NCBI RefSeq assembly: GCF_001194135.2
Contig: NC_069008.1
Span: forward strand, 15,722,896-15,767,130
Direction: 5' to 3'
From: Octopus bimaculoides
Lineage: Eukaryota
Length of the DNA stretch: 44,235 nt
Shown here in pieces: positions 36,188-44,235 of the stretch (position 1 is the first letter of the stretch; every line of letters begins with the position of its first letter). A program made the position numbers and the translations under genes. Under the pieces are notes generated by a model. That model had not been told where the DNA came from. It made no database searches and was given only the letters and a program-made list of their open reading frames with translations.

Positions 36188-36449
36188 CCTGAAATACTTT
36201 ATTGTTACTTTTTAATTAAATCTGCATGTTTATTTGGTAAAAAGAAATTATAATCCCAAAACACAGTAATTGTTAATTTTAAATAAAATCTCAGAATGTT
36301 TTTTTCTCTTTAGTTCTGTCACAGTCATACATTTGTTAAATTCAAGTCTTTTCTCAAAGATTTCCTTTTAGTTTACACGTTGCTAAGCAACCTGGGATTC
36401 TCCTATGTCTAAGTAAGGAATAGCTTGTAGATATTTGTGCACAAACTGT

Positions 36450-36725
36450 TATGATGCATGGTATTGAGACACAGTGAATGCAACAGATGGATGTAAGTTA
36501 GCAGAAAGGAAGTGTGCAGGCACAAATGAAAAGGGAGACAGAGTATGAGAGGAACGAAACGTCTTGTGAGAGACAGCAACTGGTGTGGACATGTAATGTG
36601 TATGGAGGCTGATGAGAGGTGGGTGAAGAAGTGATGTGAAATACATGTGAAAGAAAGCAGTGGTAATGGAAGATTTAAGTAGACATGGACAGAAGTGATG
36701 AAGAATGACGTCTGGATGTTGAACC
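36450..36725 (+). mobile_element. RTE LINE 3' remnant
   Basis: WCGHVMCMEADERWVKK matches the RTE WxGHVxRM motif. Confidence 0.65.
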
Positions 36726-36953
36726 ACCTAAAGACATTCTGCCATGTCTGAGTTTTACTCAGGCATAGGAGAATCCCAGGTTGTCAGCAGACCTAGCCAT
36801 GGTTACATACAATATAGTGCTGGCAGTAAATACAGTTGTTATGTTACATAAAATATCATCTTTAAAGAAACACTTTTGACACACATTTATGTCTAATGAA
36901 TTTTATTTCAATGAATTTTAAAGGAGTCATGATTGACCAGGAAATTAATCCAC

Positions 36954-37525
<572 letters not shown>

Positions 37526-39118
37526 TCATCTGCATGCTTTTTTTTTGTGATTAGCTAAACTATTAGCCTGAGAGAATGATTGACCACAGATTTTACAATG
37601 TAGCTTCTCTCTTGAATGGGTACGTTTGTGGGCAACTGAGCTACATTTGTGAGAGAATGATTTACCACAAATATCGCAATGATATGGTTTTTCTCCTGTA
37701 TGAGTACGTTTATGGATAACTATGTGAGATCTCTGGGAGAATGATTTACCACAGATATCACACTGAAATAGCTTCTCACCTGTATGAATATGTTTGTGAG
37801 ATTTTAATGCACTACGTACAGTGAATGATTTACCACAGGTATCACAGTGGTATGGCTTTTCTCCTGTATGAATTCGTTTGTGTATAGTTAAATTACCGCT
37901 TACACAGAATGATTTACCACAGATATCACAGTGAAATGGTGTTTCTCCTGTATGAATACGTTTGTGAGAAGTCAAACTACTGCCTACAGAGAATGATTTA
38001 CCACAGATATCACAATGATATGGCTTTTCCCCCGTATGAATACGTCTATGTTTAACTAACTGAGAATTTTGAAGGAAAGTTTTACCACAAGTATCGCAGT
38101 GATACTGTCTTTTTTCCCTGTGAGTAATTTTGTGATTATTTAAGTCACATATTCGAAAGAAAGACTCACCACAAACATTACAATGATATGGCTTCTCATT
38201 TGCATGTTTCATTTTGTGAATAGCTAAAGTATTAGCCTGAGAGAAAGATTTACCACAGATATCACAATATGGCTTATCTTGTGAATGTGTGCGTTTGTGG
38301 ACAACGGAGCCAGATTTTTGAGAGAATGATTTGCCACAGATATCACACTGATATGGCTTCTCACCTGAATGGATGCGTTTGTGAACAGATAAGTGATGAC
38401 TACGACAGAATGATTTGCCACAGACATCACAGTGATATGGCTTCTCTCCAGTATGAATGCGTTTGTGAACAGCTAAGTTACAATTTAGAGCAAATGATTT
38501 TCCACAGATATTACAGGGATAAGGTTTTTCTCCAGTATGAATACGCTTGTGAACCTTTAAGGCATTGCTTGCAATGAAGAATTTGCCACAGATATCACAG
38601 TGAAATGGTCTCTCTCCTGTATGAATGCGTTTATGCATACTAAGTTGGTTGCCTTGTGAAAAGGATTTACCACAGATATCACAACGATATGGTTTCTCTC
38701 CTGTGTGAGTGCGTTTGTGAGCCTTTAAGTCACCACTTTGTTTGAAAGATTTACCACAGATATCACAGCTGTAAGGTCTCTCTCCTGTGTGAATACGTTT
38801 GTGTATAGATAAGTTATTTTTTAACAAGAATAAACCACCACATATTTCACAGTGATATGGCTTTTCTCCAGTATGAATACGTTTGTGAACCATTAACACT
38901 TGTTTTCCAACGAAGGATTTGCCACAGATGTCACAGTGAAATGGTCTCTCTCCTGAATGACTTTTCTTGTGAATAGTTAGGTTACGTTGTTTCTGGAATG
39001 TCTTTTTACAGATATCACAGTGATATGAAGTTTTGCCCTTCTTTTTCGACATCTTATCAAGTAAATCACTTCTTTTTCTATCTTTCTTCACATTTATTGC
39101 AGCACAAACACCAGACAT
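37526..39118 (-). CDS. C2H2 zinc-finger protein ZF6 (17 C2H2 fingers plus a terminal C2HC-like finger, 530 aa)
   Basis: First in-frame ATG at 39118; basic leader; ends CKIC-x12-HKKKAC-R*. Confidence 0.92.
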   Translation of the reverse strand: MSGVCAAINVKKDRKRSDLLDKMSKKKGKTSYHCDICKKTFQKQRNLTIHKKSHSGERPFHCDICGKSFVGKQVLMVHKRIHTGEKPYHCEICGGLFLLKNNLSIHKRIHTGERPYSCDICGKSFKQSGDLKAHKRTHTGEKPYRCDICGKSFSQGNQLSMHKRIHTGERPFHCDICGKFFIASNALKVHKRIHTGEKPYPCNICGKSFALNCNLAVHKRIHTGEKPYHCDVCGKSFCRSHHLSVHKRIHSGEKPYQCDICGKSFSQKSGSVVHKRTHSQDKPYCDICGKSFSQANTLAIHKMKHANEKPYHCNVCGESFFRICDLNNHKITHREKRQYHCDTCGKTFLQNSQLVKHRRIHTGEKPYHCDICGKSFSVGSSLTSHKRIHTGETPFHCDICGKSFCVSGNLTIHKRIHTGEKPYHCDTCGKSFTVRSALKSHKHIHTGEKLFQCDICGKSFSQRSHIVIHKRTHTGEKPYHCDICGKSFSHKCSSVAHKRTHSREKLHCKICGQSFSQANSLANHKKKACR

Positions 39119-40058
39119 TTTCCATAAACCTCCTCTCTTTTTTATGATCTCTTTTCCTTTCCATTTTTATATTGTATTTCAAATAAATATCCTCGTCTTC
39201 TGGAAATATTTCATGGCAATTCCATCACAGGTTTATATGAATATAATTACATCTGCTTCGTATAACATGTTCCTTTAATCTTTAAACCATCATCTCAAGT
39301 TAAAATGCTTTTGCTGCCAATACCATCAGACATTCTGAAATGACAGGGAAACAATATAAGCTTTATGAGATAATTAATGAAACAGCAGACATTCAACAGT
39401 GGGAATTTTACAATTCTTTACACTGGTGCCAATGCAATCAACTAACCCTGTCCCTGGATATTGCTGGCCTTGTGCTAACATTTGAAGGCATCAAAATGAT
39501 ATTCTGAAATATAACTGGAATGAATTTTGAAGGTATTGCTTATTTACCAGTCTGTAATACATCTGACAGATATGATGTGCATTATAGTTTCAGGAAATAA
39601 AAGGTGAACTAAAAAGATAAAACTTATTCATATATGTTCATTAAATGTTTATTTACAATCTTTATTACATATTTACAAAGTACATAAATAAATACAAACT
39701 ATATTTTAATATGATTATGATATGTACTTCAGAAAAAAAACAAAAACATGAGCTTACTCCCTGAATTAGATACAAATATTCTAATTGACAAACTGTATGT
39801 GACACATATTATACAGGATGCGATGGGTAAATTGTTGCCATTTGATATTTTTAATTCGGCGCATATGCATTATCTGTTTGGCTTTGTCAACTACACAGTA
39901 TAGTAAGGTCTGTTGAACACTGTATGTGAGGAAAACAGCACCATGGTGCAATTCACCCAGAAATTTGGAAATGACAGTCTGTCCAGCTTGGCAATCTCAC
40001 TTGAAGATCCAGTATGAATTTTGAAAGTGTTTGGGTGTCAATCTGAGGACATGTACCA

Positions 40059-40330
40059 GTGATCGCTAGTGATGAGGATGTTCTCTCTCAATTCATCTTC
40101 CCACATGACCCAGACTCAACATGGAGGCCTACATGAAGTGCCTGAAGGAGATAGTGCTGCTCTGGGTCACAAGGGTGGTTGCTGGAAGACCCTATGTCTG
40201 ACAACAGGACTCTGCACCATGGCACACAAGCAGAAGAACCCAGTCATCGCTGTCAGACAACTTCTGCGACCACATCACCCCTAACATCTAGTCACCTAAC
40301 TCCCCAGACTGCTACCCCCTGGATTATTAG
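40059..40330 (+). mobile_element. maT-type (DD37D) mariner transposase remnant
   Basis: QQDSAPWH...I*SPNSPDCYPLDY with 37 residues between the second and third D; two Trp codons mutated to stops. Confidence 0.8.
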
Positions 40331-40831
40331 GTATATTTCGATAAGTACACCCATTCGCGTTTCACAAAGAAAAAAAAAACCTTGGATTTTTTGCATGAAA
40401 TGAAGTACCCTGACCTCCTAATGAGCCGCAAACCTCTAATTTTGGTTCAGTAAAAAAAAAAGGTAGGGGAACCCTATCCCATCCTAGAATTATTTGGAGT
40501 TTTTTTTTTTTACTTTGAATGAATTATGGTGACCTCTGAATGTACCACAAAACATTTGTTGTCAGGAAAACGAGGTTTGGGGTGGGGTTGGACCATTGGA
40601 ACAATATGAATTAAGCCGTTAACATTTATATTGTATGTATTTTTATTTTATGCAAAAAATATTTCTTCTGAAGCCGTAGTCTACAAAATGTGTGTGTGCC
40701 TACATATATTACAATTAAAAGGGTAAAGGATTATCAATTTATTAATAAATCAATAATTAATAATTTTTACCAAGCCCTTCGGTATGAAAACACCATTATA
40801 GGTGAGGAACTTATTTAAAAGTTCTTATACA

Positions 40832-40890
40832 TTTATAAACATAATTAAGGGGTCAGCAACAGTTGCTGACCCCTTAATTATGTGTATAAA
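40832..40890. repeat. 59-bp near-perfect palindrome
   Basis: 29-bp arms, 1 mismatch, 1-nt centre. Confidence 0.95.
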
Positions 40891-41204
40891 CACATATATA
40901 TATCTTTGTTTGTGAATGCTTGGTAGGTAGCAGCAAATCTGAAGAAATAGTTTTATGGGTAGAGAGAATTGATTGTTTAAGCAGGAAGTAACCAAGGGAG
41001 AAGCGGGAGAAGATGAAGAAGGAAGAGAAGTAGGAAAAGAAGAGGAAGAAGGAGACAGAAGAGAAAAGGACAGGAGTGGTGTGGACACAGTGGACTCTTC
41101 ATGGAATCTTCTTTATTGGTCAAATGACCCCGAAAGTCACCAGTTGTGGTTATAGCAGTAGTGGTTGGAAGTGTTCTAAATTCTTGTAGTAGTTTCATCT
41201 GTGG

Positions 41205-41573
41205 TGGAAGCATTCAAAATGGGTTTATATTTTGCAATAAAATACGCACCTTTGCTAATGCGCTGATTACAGGTTGCATTGTCCCTGAATTTAGAGAGGG
41301 GAGAAATTCTAAGGGTTGTTCATTAGTGGCACAAATATCAATGTGCTTGCTGAATCCTAGTTTTCTGTATTCCCATATTTTAATCTGGCGTCAATCTACG
41401 GTCATCCTCTGGCATGGACTGTTTTCAGTTTGACCAATGTATTGTCCACAACTCTTTGAGCAAGTTAATGCATATATATTAGGTTTTCCAAAGCACATGT
41501 GAAGTTGGTTTTCACTGTAAAACACTGACCCTGTTTCAAGAAGAATTCTGATCCCTCGAATAGGTTGACGCAT
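41205..41573 (-). mobile_element. Penelope-like element GIY-YIG endonuclease remnant
   Basis: NIYALTCSKSCGQYIGQTENSPCQRMTVDRQI...FSKHIDIC and YFIAKYKPILN. Confidence 0.85.
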
Positions 41574-43376
41574 ATACCACAGTTAGGAGGGGTCCATTAA
41601 GAAAGGTATGTATAAATAACCTTTTTTGCACATATACACACACACTCTCTCTCTCTTTCTCTCTCGATTAAACTTCAGTATGAATTATAAAATTACCTCT
41701 CAACTTCAATTGAAACTACCTTTTTTTATTTTTATTTTGTAATTCATTACTGGCACAGATATCAAGGCCCAAAAGTGCCTTAGGGAAAGAATGGCACTGG
41801 GAAAAATGAAGATAGAAACAGAACATCTAAAGCCAAGGGGACCAGACGAATGAAGATAAAGTAAAATCCTTCGAAGAAGAGATCAACCAGGAAATTAACA
41901 AAATGACTCAAGGCTCCGACCTAGAGAAGATCTCCAAATTATGGAAAGAGGATTATGATAAAGAAAAACTGAAATCCCTCCAACGCTGCTGGGGAAAAAG
42001 CACCACTTGGTTTTCATACTATGAAACTGTCTTTTAAACAGAATACACTTCCAACAACCCTTTTCTAAAAATAAGAAAATCAAAACAAAACTTTGTTGTT
42101 GCAGTAGAAATCTACGGATGCACAAACGTACAAAACGAAACAAATATGGACGACTTGTTCCGAAACACCCCCGAATGGGGAACAGTTCTCAAAAATAACT
42201 CCCAATTGTTTTCCCTCCAGCTTCATACGTCTTCGGAATCTACATACTCCGAGGTATATCTGTAGTGAATTTCATTAAAAAATATGCATTTTCTTAAACG
42301 TTATGACGAATTGAAGTGGACTCCGGTGAATTTTCCGAAATTCCCCACCCCAACCCCTCCAAAAACACTTTCCCCAAAACATTTTGTATAGTCGGAATCT
42401 ACATGATATAACACATATTCGTAGAAAATTTCATTAAAAAATATCCATTTTTCTGAAAGTTATGATAATCCAAAGTCGGGGGTGTGGGGAAAAACAAAAA
42501 TTACGGAGTTTGTAGCACATCAGGTCAGGGTATTTGATACCACGCAAAGAAATCAGGGTTTTTCTTTTTTGTTTTTCTTCGTAAAACGCGTGCAGGTGAC
42601 TTAGCAAAATTTACTTTTTGCGGGAGGGGCTAGTCGATTATATCGACCCCTGAGTTTCATTAGTACTTAATTCATCGACCCTCAAAGGCAAAGTCGACAT
42701 CGGCGGAATTTGAACTCAAAACGTAGNNNNNNNNNNNNNNNNNNNNNNNNNNNNNNNNNNNNNNNNNNNNNNNNNNNNNNNNNNNNNNNNNNNNNNNNNN
42801 NNNNNNNNNNNNNNNNNNNNNNNNNNNNNNNNNNNNNNNNNNNNNNNNNNNNNNNNNNNNNNNNNNNNNNNNNNNNNNNNNNNNNNNNNNNNNNNNNNNN
42901 NNNNNNNNNNNNNNNNNNNNNNNNNNNNNNNNNNNNNNNNTTATGAATTAGGGGTAATTAAGCTGCTGTTTCTAGTTGACTCGTTTTCAGGAAATGTCAC
43001 GAATTTCATGACAAGTCATACAAACAAAAGAAAAAAGACAAGAAACATTAAATTCATTAAGGAACAAAGAACACAGGATTGAATGAGAAAAACATCGTTA
43101 ATAACAAAAAGATTACCTCGTGTATATCACGGTTAGGCGAAAGAATGGTAGTAGTTATAATTAGGAAATAAACGAGAGTGTATAACACAAGAATTACTGT
43201 AATGTATGTATATCTATATGGATTCAATGACATACAACTTGTTTTCCGTTATATTATCATCTGCGAATATCATTTCGATGAGATTAAAAAAAAACGTTGT
43301 GTGAATGAATATCCGGTTGAGCATGCGTATTAAAGGATTACGTTAATCCGGAATGGCGAGGCGCGAAATTTTTCTC

Positions 43377-43779
43377 CCCACGAGAGTTTCGGACCCTAGT
43401 AATGAACTCATTTGCATACAGCCAATCAGCGCTCACCTTCACCTTGTCAAGGAAACTCAAGATGAAGAACGCTATCGCAAGTCGACCGATTGCTAATTTA
43501 TGCCTAGGAGACAAGCAATTGGATAGATTTGCATCTATATCTAATGTGGGATTCTGTTAAGGTTCTATTATGGTTAAGCTGTGGATGGGAAAAATGTGGG
43601 TAGAGGGTGATTTGCTAGCAACCCTCTTCCCTTACTGTTTTACAAAGTAAACAAGAACAAGGACAACAAGCATTCTTAAAAGACATCGCTTATTATTCAC
43701 TTATAAATCAGTTTGATAGTTAAGCTGTGATTGGCTGTATGCAAATGAGTTCATAACTGAGGTCCGGAACGCTCGTGGG
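43377..43779. repeat. Inverted repeat of about 52 bp with octamer and CCAAT in each arm
   Basis: Perfect 27-bp core ATGAACTCATTTGCATACAGCCAATCA at 43402-43428, inverted at 43728-43754. Confidence 0.9.
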
Positions 43780-44235
43780 AAAATTTTGTTGACGGGGTGG
43801 TATTTGAATCCCTTTTTAATCTAAACATTACTATCTCCTACATTTAAATATGTGTGTCTGTATCATCATCATCGTTTAACGTCTGTGTTCCATGCTGGCA
43901 CGGGTTGGAGTGTTGGGCAAGATTCAATGGGTCCCAAGACGGCATTGTGCTCAAGTGTATGCTTTGACATGATTTCACCTTACAGCTGTGGTTCCCAAAC
44001 AAATTTTCCCTGGGCCGCATTTTCGGAATGAAAATTGTCTCGTGCCTCACCAAAGGTCCAGGGAAAGCGTTAAAGGGAGGTAGCCCGGGGATTCGAAGTC
44101 AGAACCTTATGATTGTCTCTCTTCCAAGTTGCGGAACCTCGTTGCTATATTCTTAATACTAAAATATAAGTGATGAAAACGCTCAATAATTATTTATAAC
44201 TATTTATAGTGGGACTCATTTACAGGCAATGCGAA

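Noticed and set aside
40770-40830. Minus-strand CTATAATGGT..ACCGAAG as a Penelope hammerhead ribozyme
   Set aside because: Both CUGANGA and GAAA cores would need mutations; at most a decayed relic.

Overview
Eukaryotic, AT-rich, gapped draft sequence. The dense C2H2 cluster and the tRNA-derived SINE types suggest a coleoid cephalopod, probably Octopus (inference). It holds six tandem C2H2 zinc-finger genes, each coded in one exon with a short leader and no visible KRAB/SCAN/BTB domain. ZF1 (544+) and ZF2 (7510-) form a convergent inverted pair. ZF3 starts at 11307+. ZF4 (19992+) and ZF5 (minus strand, 5' end in a gap) form a second convergent pair of about 10.8 kb with patchy near-identity. 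ZF6 (39118-) has a frameshifted, decaying tail. All six arrays end next to relic fingers, cut by different lesions. There is one intact U2 snRNA gene (33961-34150) and a second U2 locus hidden in a gap. Nearby are three short hairpin units that carry a motif like the one upstream of U2; these are the least explained feature. The rest is transposon debris (SINEs, RTE/CR1/Penelope/Gypsy remnants, Tc1 DD36E-like, maT DD37D, 8-bp-TSD MITEs, a solo LTR) plus several strong fold-backs. All alignments and counts were done by eye. No database searches were run.
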